Part shown: positions 15,264 to 23,842 of the stretch, one piece after another | Layout of the letters: each line of letters opens with the position of its first letter | Numbering within the stretch: position 1 is the stretch's first letter | Virus record (IMG/VR): IMGVR_UViG_3300032257_000006 | Coordinates: 14,953 to 78,952 of that record | Reading direction: 5' to 3' (one strand) | Length of the DNA stretch: 64,000 nt | From: a virus | Taxonomy: Duplodnaviria; Caudoviricetes | Notes under the pieces: model-generated | The model's database searches: none | Told to the model about the DNA's origin: nothing | Seen by the model: the letters and a program-made list of their open reading frames with translations, nothing else | Translations under genes and position numbers: made by a program

Positions 15264-15323
15264 TACTCCAATAGTAAAATAATTAAATATTTTTAAATTA
15301 GTTTAACTTTATTTATTCTGACT

Positions 15324-15339
15324 TTCGGATAAGTCCGAA
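15324..15339. repeat. 16-bp palindrome copy 14, TTCGGATAAGTCCGAA
   Basis: In the divergent early/late intergenic region. Confidence 0.85.
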
Positions 15340-15693
15340 AGAATAAACGGGAGCGGGGACGGGGACGGCGGACGCGGTGCGGACGTGGTGCGGTGTGCTG
15401 GTGTGGGCAGGAAGTATGCCAAGTTTTATATATACGATAAAAGGTAGAAGAAAATAAAAAGGCGTGCCCCGTACTACCTTTTTTAAGCGCGACAGCCTGG
15501 AAAATCCTTATATAGTGCTTGTGTGAAAAATTTTTAAAATTTGAGAATTTAGGCCCGCGTTGACAAACAAACCCCACAAGACTAAATTACCACCTACCAG
15601 TTTTGGATTTCTCTTAACTACTAGGCCGGCGGTTACCTACGGACAGCCGACCTGAGAGAGATCCACTTTTAATTAAGCCAAAAGGCCTTAGCA

Positions 15694-16128
15694 ATGCTTA
15701 AAGATTACGTACTCGCAGTTCTTATGTTGCCGTCTGATACCCCCATTATTTTGGTACCGGTACTGGGCCTGATAATCTTATTTATCTACTTCGCAGCTGC
15801 AATAGAGATCAGAAAAGCCGCGGTTAAACGCTTCGGTAAAAACAGCCTGATCACCAAAGCCATTGTGTATACCGTCGGAGGCCGCTTTCTCTGGCAAGAT
15901 GTAGTCGCAAACTACGTATGCTTTGCACCTCTCGTATTGAGCTGGCCGAACCGCCACAAAGAAGGTCGGACGATAACCAGCCACATAAACAACATACTCG
16001 AAAGAAACATACTGGATATCCAGAGAGGCACATTGTCAGGGTTCAATAAATGGCGGGTGACTTTCTGCCTGTTCTTAGGCAAGCAACTAAACAAAGTAGA
16101 CCCAGACCACATAAGCGTACTGAGTTAA
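15694..16128 (+). CDS. membrane hypothetical protein
   Basis: N-terminal hydrophobic segment and C-terminal KVDPDH; first gene of the rightward block. Confidence 0.7.
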   Translation: MLKDYVLAVLMLPSDTPIILVPVLGLIILFIYFAAAIEIRKAAVKRFGKNSLITKAIVYTVGGRFLWQDVVANYVCFAPLVLSWPNRHKEGRTITSHINNILERNILDIQRGTLSGFNKWRVTFCLFLGKQLNKVDPDHISVLS

Positions 16129-16138
16129 GATCAAAAAT

Positions 16139-16705
16139 ATGGCACTAGCAAAAAAGAAAACACCACTGGAAGAAGTTGCGGAGGTTATCCCGACTACACC
16201 AGAACCCTCATCGTCTATGCATGCGTTCGAGGAAGAGCTGAATGAATCTAAGGCAGACGATTTCGCCCCATTCTCCGTGTCGGCCCTAGGGCTCGCATTT
16301 AACACGGTTGTCGATGCCATTAAGCGTGACGCCATCCCTAATTACGAACTTGTAAAGATCCTTGATGTATTACCGGTACAGGAAAGCACACAGGAATTCG
16401 ATGCAGAGTTTGACCTGGCGGAAGAGATCTCCGGCCAGCTACGTACACTGAAAACAATCAAGAACAGCATCTTCTCAACCGATGGCCGGATCAAAGAAGG
16501 AAGCTCTGTAAAAGAGGCTAAGGACTTTATGGCCTCTAGCTCTCAACTGTTGCAGATGTTACAGAAAGCGAAGGCTGAGCTAATCAACATTGACCGCATG
16601 CAAGCCATTGAAGAAGCAACTATCGAAACGCTACGAGATCTGGACGAGAACATAATAGAAGAGTTTGGTAGAATCCTGAAAGAGAAACTGGACAGGATAC
16701 GGTAA
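16139..16705 (+). CDS. probable terminase small subunit
   Basis: 188-aa helical protein upstream of terL; assigned by position only. Confidence 0.5.
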   Translation: MALAKKKTPLEEVAEVIPTTPEPSSSMHAFEEELNESKADDFAPFSVSALGLAFNTVVDAIKRDAIPNYELVKILDVLPVQESTQEFDAEFDLAEEISGQLRTLKTIKNSIFSTDGRIKEGSSVKEAKDFMASSSQLLQMLQKAKAELINIDRMQAIEEATIETLRDLDENIIEEFGRILKEKLDRIR

Positions 16706-16959
16706 TGTTTGCCAAATTGTATGACACCAAAGCTGGTCAAGTACTGGTTAAATCTGATATGAACGATGAAGGCGGCCCAGAAGTGAGGTTCTATTTCCAG
16801 CCGCCTGACCTAGGGATTTGTTCGGTTGCCTATACATTCGAAGACACTAAAGAGGGCTGGGATAAGCGAGATAAATTTTTATTTGATGTAAACCCATTGC
16901 AAGCAGAGGCCATTGCGGCTGATAAGATAAATGAAGTAATGAATATTGTAGGCGACTAG
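16705..16959 (+). CDS. hypothetical protein
   Basis: 84 aa with TAATG coupling. Confidence 0.7.
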   Translation: MFAKLYDTKAGQVLVKSDMNDEGGPEVRFYFQPPDLGICSVAYTFEDTKEGWDKRDKFLFDVNPLQAEAIAADKINEVMNIVGD

Positions 16960-17021
16960 TGGTATATAAGCTAGGTTTATGATTTACTGCCAGCCATAAG
17001 AAAAGACTTGGAACGCAGTAG

Positions 17022-17651
17022 ATGGATTCAAAGACTTGTAGTAATTGCAATATTACCAAGCCACTGAAACAATACGACAGACGAGCCGCCAGCTCCGATG
17101 GCCTCATGACTAGATGCAAGTCATGCGTAAGCGGATACAAAGTAGAATACCGGAAGACAAAACGCGGGCTAGCGATTGCGACCTACGGTAGGCAGAGGAA
17201 GAAATCGAAAGATCGAGGACATTCGCCGCCAGGTTATACCAAGGAAGAGTTCATGGATTGGATGCACAATCATCCAAAATTTGAACAGCTGTACAATGAC
17301 TGGGCCGGCGACGGGTTTTCCAAAGACTTAGTGCCGTCAGTAGACCGGATCGATGATGAAGATCATTATCATTTCGATAATATTCAGTTGATGACATGGA
17401 GAGAAAATAACGCGAAGGCCAATGCTAGTAGATTGGCTGGCAGGATAACCAAACAAACAAGAGCGGTCATAAAAATGACGCCCGAGTTGGAGCCGATTGA
17501 GATATATCCATCCGTGAGTCTAGCGGCCAGAGAGAATGGCGTTACGCGAGCAGGGGTTATCAGAGGTTGCAGGGCAAAGCTCAATAAACACGACGAACCA
17601 GCGCAATATGCGGGGTTTGTCTGGAGATACGTAGATGATTCCACAGGCTGA
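17022..17651 (+). CDS. HNH-type homing endonuclease with a NUMOD1-like C-terminus
   Basis: CSNC...CKSC zinc motif, PSVDRID...Y...NI.L....EN..K, C-terminal YPSVSLAARENG...AGFVWRY. Confidence 0.85.
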   Translation: MDSKTCSNCNITKPLKQYDRRAASSDGLMTRCKSCVSGYKVEYRKTKRGLAIATYGRQRKKSKDRGHSPPGYTKEEFMDWMHNHPKFEQLYNDWAGDGFSKDLVPSVDRIDDEDHYHFDNIQLMTWRENNAKANASRLAGRITKQTRAVIKMTPELEPIEIYPSVSLAARENGVTRAGVIRGCRAKLNKHDEPAQYAGFVWRYVDDSTG

Positions 17652-19362
17652 GTCGTTCTTTGACCGCATAACCAACGCACTGGACAAGTCTAATTCACTG
17701 AGAGGACTGTCAGATTGGATCTGCAAGCACACTCGGCTAGAAGGTAAGAACTTTTCGTTCAAGCACCATGAGTACCAGCCGGACATCATAGATGACCCAC
17801 ATTCACGTAAAAACATCAAAAAGTGTTCACAAGTAGGCCTATCTGAACTTTCAGTGCGCCTTACGTTAGGTTTTCTGGGCGTTTCACGCAGTAAACGTGC
17901 GATATACACGCTGCCCACGTCACGTTTTGCAAGTAAATTTTCTAAGGATCGCTTCGATCCGGTGATTGAGGAGTCAGATTTTCTCTCATCATTGCGTGTA
18001 CGTTCGGCTGATTCAGCTGAAATGAAGCGTCTCGGGTCGTGTACTTTGTACATGAACGGTACGTATGGCCAAGGATCTGCGATCTCTGTCCCAGCGCACA
18101 TGCTTGTTCACGATGAGATAGATTTTTCAGACGCTGCAGTCATCGCAACCTATCAATCGCGTCTACGACACGCAGAGGAAGATGAATATGGCTTCAAAGG
18201 CATCACGTATAGATTTTCAACGCCTACGGTTAAGGGATTTGGAATATCAGCGGCGTTTGAGCGCTCAACTAAAAAGTATTACCTTGTCAAATGCTCCGCC
18301 TGTTCCGACTGGTCTGCGCCTGATTTTTTCCGCGATGTTGTCTTGCCTGGTTATGATGGTGACCTGTCAACTTTTTCTAACGTCGACGCCAACAATCCAA
18401 ATTACAAACTCGATAAAGCCTACCTATCGTGTCCGAAGTGTGGACACGATCTCAGCCAAGACTTACTAGATCCTGCCCGCCGTGAATGGGTGGCAATGAA
18501 CCCGAGTGCACGCGAAGGTGGCTGGCAGGTCAACCCGTTTGACGTACCGGTTTACAACAGCATACCTAGCCTACTGTTACAGGCGGGCGATTATAAACGC
18601 ATAGGAGACTGGTGGAATTTTACCTTAGGACAAGAGTATGAAGACGCTGACAATACTTTTCTCTCGGATCCGTTTGAAAAAGGCCGCGTGTCTACGTGGA
18701 CTATCCCAGAAGTAGGCGCTAATGGTACATTTGCTGGACTGGACGTAGGTAAAGTATCTCACCTCATAATCGGTAAAGAGATGAACGGTAAGCCCGAGAT
18801 CATCTACGCTGAGAAGATTAAGATGACCAGTGATAAAGCTTTGGCTGAGTCAGTAAAGGAACGCATGGACCAATATGGTGTAGGTCTCCTGGTCATTGAC
18901 GCTATGCCCGACTTCACCACGGCATTGACACTGATTGGCATGAGCCGGCCCAAGCAGGTATTTGCTAACTATTACCAACAGACGGCGCCTAAGAATAAGC
19001 TCACGAACTTTGTGATCAAGGAAGAAGAGTCGGTTATCTCTTCATACAAGACCGGTGTGTTTGATGAGTTCTGTAAGATGCACAACAGCTATCAGATAGC
19101 GTGGCCGAAGCATCCTGAGATTGAAGAAGTTGGCCGGCATATGAAAAATTTGAAGAAAATTATGAATAGCCAGGCATCTAATTTGGAAGAAGCGCAGGGT
19201 ATATGGATAGCCACAGGTGAAGATCACTATGGTCACGCCGCAAACTACGCTATGATTGCGTATGAATTGATGGATCAAATTATTGGTGGTGGCGGTTTCT
19301 CTATGCCACCCATGGTGTCGTCTATCAAAATGCGTGACAAGCCTAAAGAAATTAAACATTAA
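17635..19362 (+). CDS. terL: terminase large subunit (lambda gpA-like)
   Basis: KKCSQVGLSE Walker-A variant, LVHDEID Walker B, RFSTPT, CSAC..CPKC zinc motif, GLDVG nuclease motif, GEDHYGHA. Confidence 0.93.
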   Translation: MIPQAESFFDRITNALDKSNSLRGLSDWICKHTRLEGKNFSFKHHEYQPDIIDDPHSRKNIKKCSQVGLSELSVRLTLGFLGVSRSKRAIYTLPTSRFASKFSKDRFDPVIEESDFLSSLRVRSADSAEMKRLGSCTLYMNGTYGQGSAISVPAHMLVHDEIDFSDAAVIATYQSRLRHAEEDEYGFKGITYRFSTPTVKGFGISAAFERSTKKYYLVKCSACSDWSAPDFFRDVVLPGYDGDLSTFSNVDANNPNYKLDKAYLSCPKCGHDLSQDLLDPARREWVAMNPSAREGGWQVNPFDVPVYNSIPSLLLQAGDYKRIGDWWNFTLGQEYEDADNTFLSDPFEKGRVSTWTIPEVGANGTFAGLDVGKVSHLIIGKEMNGKPEIIYAEKIKMTSDKALAESVKERMDQYGVGLLVIDAMPDFTTALTLIGMSRPKQVFANYYQQTAPKNKLTNFVIKEEESVISSYKTGVFDEFCKMHNSYQIAWPKHPEIEEVGRHMKNLKKIMNSQASNLEEAQGIWIATGEDHYGHAANYAMIAYELMDQIIGGGGFSMPPMVSSIKMRDKPKEIKH

Positions 19363-19379
19363 CTAAGTGGAGCTATCAA

Positions 19380-19565
19380 ATGCAGCTAAAACCCAGCGTA
19401 AATGTAGACCCAAGTAAAGTTAAAAAATCAGGTGACACCATGACCGGCAGTTTGTCAGGGATAGCTCCAACTCAAGATGCGCACCTAGTTAGGAAAGACT
19501 ATACCGATTCCCTAGCCGCAGCTACTGTAGAAGTAGCTAAGCGGTACTCATTAGCCTTAGGGTAG
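19380..19565 (+). CDS. small virion/fibre-like protein
   Basis: VKKSGDTMTGSL and AHLVRKDYTD motifs resembling tail-fibre repeats. Confidence 0.6.
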   Translation: MQLKPSVNVDPSKVKKSGDTMTGSLSGIAPTQDAHLVRKDYTDSLAAATVEVAKRYSLALG

Positions 19566-19569
19566 TACT

Positions 19570-19911
19570 ATGCCAATGTTAGAAAAACAATTAGGACAAG
19601 GTAGGTTTAATAATACTTCTAACCTTAATGTTGTTTATACAGTACCGCCACTAACAACTGCCGGTATTACTGCAGTTCATATGTGCAACACCACAAATTC
19701 CGATGTGACAGTTAGGCTAATGTATCCACCATCTGGCGGCATAGCTGATGAAACTACTGCAATACTGTGGGACTTTACGATCCCTGCAAATGATTACCAT
19801 TCATTCAGCCCAGCCAAGCCGCACTATATAGAAGCAGGAGGCGGAGTTGTTTTTCAGAACAGCGTAGCTAATGCGATAACAGTAACAGCTAGTGGGGTTG
19901 AATTAACATAA
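19570..19911 (+). CDS. hypothetical beta-rich virion-type protein
   Basis: VYTVPPLTTAGITAVHMCNTT...V.L motif. Confidence 0.7.
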   Translation: MPMLEKQLGQGRFNNTSNLNVVYTVPPLTTAGITAVHMCNTTNSDVTVRLMYPPSGGIADETTAILWDFTIPANDYHSFSPAKPHYIEAGGGVVFQNSVANAITVTASGVELT

Positions 19912-20267
19912 TGGTTATTGAGCGAGAAGGTAGAAAATTTTATGTCAGTGATGCAGCCACAAGCTTAGACGAAAATGGTGTATGGCAAGGTATCAGTGCA
20001 GCTAGTCTAATCCCATACACACTCTATGAGCGATATGGCGTTACTGCTACGTTTCAAATGCTGGTTGATGAAATTGCAGAGCTTCAAATTAAAGTAGACG
20101 AAGATAAAGCTGAGATAGACAGAGTTGCTACTAAGTTTAGAAGTGAAGCAGACTCGGATGTAAAAGACGCGCTTGAGGCCAAGTTAGAAAAGATGGCCGA
20201 TGACTCCATGCCAGTGCTTATGGAACACTCTGAATTGAAGTCAATATATAAAGAGTTGACTGCGTAA
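19911..20267 (+). CDS. hypothetical protein (possible fibre chaperone)
   Basis: 118-aa acidic coiled protein with TAATG coupling. Confidence 0.7.
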   Translation: MVIEREGRKFYVSDAATSLDENGVWQGISAASLIPYTLYERYGVTATFQMLVDEIAELQIKVDEDKAEIDRVATKFRSEADSDVKDALEAKLEKMADDSMPVLMEHSELKSIYKELTA

Positions 20268-22420
20268 TGGCCGTTACATATGGCGCAAGTATAGAACTAC
20301 AAAGAGCGTATAAGTATGTTGCGTTAACTGACACCTACACTTTACTTGGTGGAATTAATGCTACAGAAAATATAGATTACTTTCCTGACTCTGGTGTAGC
20401 AGTTGGCGATGCTATAATGTTTGGGAGCCAATCAAATAGTTGTAGGCAATTCTATCAACTTAATTTTAATATACTAACGCCAATATCCGCAGTTGGCTTT
20501 GATGGCGTTTGGGAATACGCAAGGCGCGATGGTGGGAACTACACTACACCAACGTGGCATACTCTAGAAAATGTTTATGACGGTACAAACAAGTTTCAAA
20601 ATGCTGGAAATATGGCTGTATCTTTCAAAGTGCCTAGAGATTGGGAGAACTACATTTACCCAAACGCTTCGACAATCTACTATGCTTTCTGGGTACGCTT
20701 TAGAGTAACTGCAATAACATCTATAACAGAGGGAGGGAAACAGGGCTCCGTGCCTATAACCTGTATGCACCACTGTTTGACTATTACGTCTGCATATACA
20801 TTAGATACTTTATATGCGGCACTGAACTCAACTGTATACAATATTGCAAGTGGGTTCAGTACTGCATTAGATCCACTACCACTAGCACCACAAAGAGAAA
20901 TGCGGGCCGGTGACAATAAAACGCTAGGTGGCGACTCTAAAAATATATATATATTTACTTATGCTCAAACTATGGCAACGGCCACAGTTAGGATTACTGG
21001 ACTAGACTTAGATGGTAATGTGATAACTGAAGATGTAGTCCTAGTTCTACCCACAGGGACAAAATCCTATTTGACAAAAGTTTATGCAGATATAACAACA
21101 GTACAACTCGTTACATGGTCAGCGGCAGGAATGGTTCTCTGGATACTCGAGCAAAAAGGTTCTTACCTTATGTATAAGCAGGGGCGGCAATATATGATTG
21201 ACGCTAATCTACAATCAACATCAATTGGCGCACTCTCAGATACAAGCAAGCAATTATATTTTAATAGTGGTTACGGCATATTTGATTTTGTAGGACTTAT
21301 GACTTTTGGAGAGGTTACAGCAGGTGGACGTGGCTATAATGGCGTAGATATTTTACATGAGTCTATAAACAATTCTATAGTAACTGCTGGAAGTTGGGGC
21401 AAACAAGACAGCGCATTTATGGGTTCGACTTGCCGCGTTGCACTAGGAGGAGCTAGTTCTCATGGGTATTGGCAACCTCCTGGGCTAGGGTCAAGAATAA
21501 AACTTAATGACTTCTACTCAGAAGGAAATAGACAAAATAATTGGGCATATAAAGATACTATAGCAGTTAATACAAGGCACTATAAGCAGCATGGTGAACC
21601 TTATTTTTCAATACTAGATGGTCTAACCAACTACGGCCCTGGGATAGGTTGGAGGGCATCATCTCACTCAGGACATATACTTCATCGCTGTGACTTCAGT
21701 GGTGTTGAAGATGCAACAGTTAACCCGTGGCAACCAGTAGGTGATGGATGGCATTGTAAGCTAGTAGATTCTAAATGGGGAACAGCCAAGTCAGAGCCTT
21801 ATCAAATAGCATGGAGACACGCATCAGTAGAAACAAACCACCATGTAGATAGAACTATTTCAGCAGAGATAAGGGTAACTGATCCGCATGGGACTCCACT
21901 CGACTTTGCACATGTAGTAATCACCAATGTGTTTGGCGATGTGGTGCTAGATGCGATATCAAATGTAGATGGCTATGTAGGCATGGATGGAGGCATTGCT
22001 ACGAGTGGTACTACTACTTCACTAGTAGATACTTCTAAGTCTTGGCTTGTTGACCTTAACAGACCAGATTTAGATGAATGGTGGAAGCGTGAGATATTAA
22101 TCACTGGCGGTACTGGTGCAGGCCAACGAAGAATTTGTCAGTACAACCACTCATCTACAAATCAAAAGCCTCACATTGATTTTGAAACTGCGCCGGATAA
22201 CACCAGTAGATACATAATAGTGCCGTACATCGACATTGTTATATACTCACCGATTACTTATGAAACAGGCTACACGATTGGAAACGCCGATCCTCAAGGG
22301 CCGTTTAAGTTCAAAGTAACTTGCTCGGGCTATGAGACATTTGAAGAAACATTAGATATTGGCGATGGGGCTATGATAAAAGATATACCAATGAAGCCAC
22401 GAAGACAGCCTAACAGGTAA
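20267..22420 (+). CDS. large multidomain beta-rich protein (adhesin/fibre-like)
   Basis: 717 aa; beta-strand-rich body, EIRVTDPHGTPLDFAHVVI carboxypeptidase-regulatory-like segment, ATSGTTTSLVD...ITGGTGAGQRR motif. Confidence 0.7.
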   Translation: MAVTYGASIELQRAYKYVALTDTYTLLGGINATENIDYFPDSGVAVGDAIMFGSQSNSCRQFYQLNFNILTPISAVGFDGVWEYARRDGGNYTTPTWHTLENVYDGTNKFQNAGNMAVSFKVPRDWENYIYPNASTIYYAFWVRFRVTAITSITEGGKQGSVPITCMHHCLTITSAYTLDTLYAALNSTVYNIASGFSTALDPLPLAPQREMRAGDNKTLGGDSKNIYIFTYAQTMATATVRITGLDLDGNVITEDVVLVLPTGTKSYLTKVYADITTVQLVTWSAAGMVLWILEQKGSYLMYKQGRQYMIDANLQSTSIGALSDTSKQLYFNSGYGIFDFVGLMTFGEVTAGGRGYNGVDILHESINNSIVTAGSWGKQDSAFMGSTCRVALGGASSHGYWQPPGLGSRIKLNDFYSEGNRQNNWAYKDTIAVNTRHYKQHGEPYFSILDGLTNYGPGIGWRASSHSGHILHRCDFSGVEDATVNPWQPVGDGWHCKLVDSKWGTAKSEPYQIAWRHASVETNHHVDRTISAEIRVTDPHGTPLDFAHVVITNVFGDVVLDAISNVDGYVGMDGGIATSGTTTSLVDTSKSWLVDLNRPDLDEWWKREILITGGTGAGQRRICQYNHSSTNQKPHIDFETAPDNTSRYIIVPYIDIVIYSPITYETGYTIGNADPQGPFKFKVTCSGYETFEETLDIGDGAMIKDIPMKPRRQPNR

Positions 22421-22424
22421 CCCA

Positions 22425-23138
22425 ATGACTACACAGATACAACTCAACGATACAGAAAAGCTACTGGTCACTGCAATAGATGCAGACGGTAACTTTTTAA
22501 CTGGACTGTCAGATGTGCTGCTAACAATAAAAAGAAAATCAGATGGAGCCTATTTAGACTTTAGTGACAACACATTCAAGACTTTAGGACTTGTTAATGT
22601 ATCTGTAGTTATGGCTGAAACAGATGTCGCATTATTTCCAGGCAGTTACTTTTATGACTTTGATACTACCGGACTACCAGTAGATACTTATTTTATGCGA
22701 GCTACTTCAGTCACAGCTGCCAATATGCCGCAAGAAGGAGATTTGCAGGTAGTTAATCTAAATCTACAGTTAGCTGACATCAGTACGGTAGTAGACAATA
22801 ACAACACTACAGTAACGCAGGCAGTAGCAGACATTTCAATTGTAGATTCTAAGCTAGACGCTACTTCTGCAGATGTAACAACCGTAATAGCACAAGGCGT
22901 TTCAACTGATACAAAGGTAAGCGCTATTGCAACTGATGTAGACAGTGTAGCTTTACAAGTAGCTGCAGTAGAGTCAGAAGTCGATGGCACAAAAATCCAA
23001 ATAGATGAACTACACAAACTTCAAGGCCTTGATACAGTAAGTCCACTCACTGTGACACCTACATCCAGAACGGCGGGTACAATAGCCCAGACGATCACTG
23101 GAGACGGAGAAACTACAAGCACGGTAACTAGAACATGA
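22425..23138 (+). CDS. virion-type protein with a Val/Asp/Thr heptad coiled coil
   Basis: Ig-like N-terminus, ~7-residue periodic repeats, C-terminal LTVTPTSRTAGTIAQTI. Confidence 0.75.
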   Translation: MTTQIQLNDTEKLLVTAIDADGNFLTGLSDVLLTIKRKSDGAYLDFSDNTFKTLGLVNVSVVMAETDVALFPGSYFYDFDTTGLPVDTYFMRATSVTAANMPQEGDLQVVNLNLQLADISTVVDNNNTTVTQAVADISIVDSKLDATSADVTTVIAQGVSTDTKVSAIATDVDSVALQVAAVESEVDGTKIQIDELHKLQGLDTVSPLTVTPTSRTAGTIAQTITGDGETTSTVTRT

Positions 23139-23308
23139 TCTCCCCTATAGCTGTAGTAACTGAAGGCCTTATAAATAGATCACCGCTGGCGATGACAACC
23201 AACGGATTTTTAGGTACCGGAGAGATAGTAATAAAAATAATCAACAAGACAGTAATTAGATATACTGTCTGCCTAATGAAAGTATTTAGGAAGACCGTTG
23301 AAAGTTAG
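23135..23308 (+). CDS. small hypothetical protein (57 aa, below track cutoff)
   Basis: MISPIAVVTEGLINRSPLAMTTNGFLG...; ATGA overlap. Confidence 0.55.
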   Translation: MISPIAVVTEGLINRSPLAMTTNGFLGTGEIVIKIINKTVIRYTVCLMKVFRKTVES

Positions 23309-23456
23309 AACATTTGCATTTACTACACCACTGATGAAAGAATTGTCTGTGGCCAAGGCTCGAGTAAAAGAGATTGCGATACCTGCAGTTGCTGCCATGG
23401 AATTAAAGGCAGAGACCCTTATAACCAAACAAATAGTACATGAGGTTAAGATATGA
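23298..23456 (+). CDS. small hypothetical protein (52 aa, TTG start)
   Basis: Open frame from TTG behind AGGAAG to a TGA overlapping the next ATG. Confidence 0.4.
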   Translation: MKVRTFAFTTPLMKELSVAKARVKEIAIPAVAAMELKAETLITKQIVHEVKI

Positions 23457-23758
23457 CGTGCACTGCATTTGTCGGCCAGACACTACGGGTAGAATTTACG
23501 GTAGTTGATCAGGATAATGCGATAGTAGACCTGTCAACAGCAGATACTATTTCGCTTATATTTAAGAAGCCTAACGGCAGCAAAGATACTAAAGTAGCCA
23601 GCATGGTAACGGACGGCACTGACGGCAAGATGGAATATACAACAGCTGTAACTGATCTGGATGCTGCAGGCTTATGGAAGATACAAGGCCTTGTGACCGA
23701 AGCAGGCGGCGTGTACCCGACATGCATAGAAGAACTGCAAGTAGCTGCCAGAGTATAG
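23453..23758 (+). CDS. BppU-like Ig-fold adaptor protein
   Basis: TVVDQD...VDLS.A..I.L.FKKPNG...GK.EY....DLD.AG.W..QG pattern. Confidence 0.7.
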   Translation: MTCTAFVGQTLRVEFTVVDQDNAIVDLSTADTISLIFKKPNGSKDTKVASMVTDGTDGKMEYTTAVTDLDAAGLWKIQGLVTEAGGVYPTCIEELQVAARV

Positions 23759-23786
23759 AAAACATTGCAATAACTCTTTTAACGAG

Positions 23787-23821
23787 GTTAAATAGGCCCA
23801 ACCATCAAAGGCCTATTTAAC
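23787..23821. terminator. 12-bp perfect stem-loop upstream of the portal gene
   Basis: GTTAAATAGGCC-11 nt-GGCCTATTTAAC. Confidence 0.45.
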
Positions 23822-23842
23822 TGATGAATTATAGAATCCATA

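Noticed and set aside
2599-15339. CRISPR array reading of the recurring palindrome
   Set aside because: The repeat is only 16 bp, intervals are 437-2216 bp and contain whole genes, and there are no cas genes.
13385-15577. Track ORFs 13385-13633 (+) and 15293-15577 (-)
   Set aside because: TTG starts without a convincing RBS, low-complexity translations, and overlap with repeat or regulatory DNA.
17520-18101. Long opposite-strand ORFs (for example 17520-18101, 54926-55429, 57050-57523, 57526-57948, 33983-34348)
   Set aside because: They shadow well-supported genes on the other strand, lack recognisable motifs and show the typical antisense Ser/Leu-rich composition.
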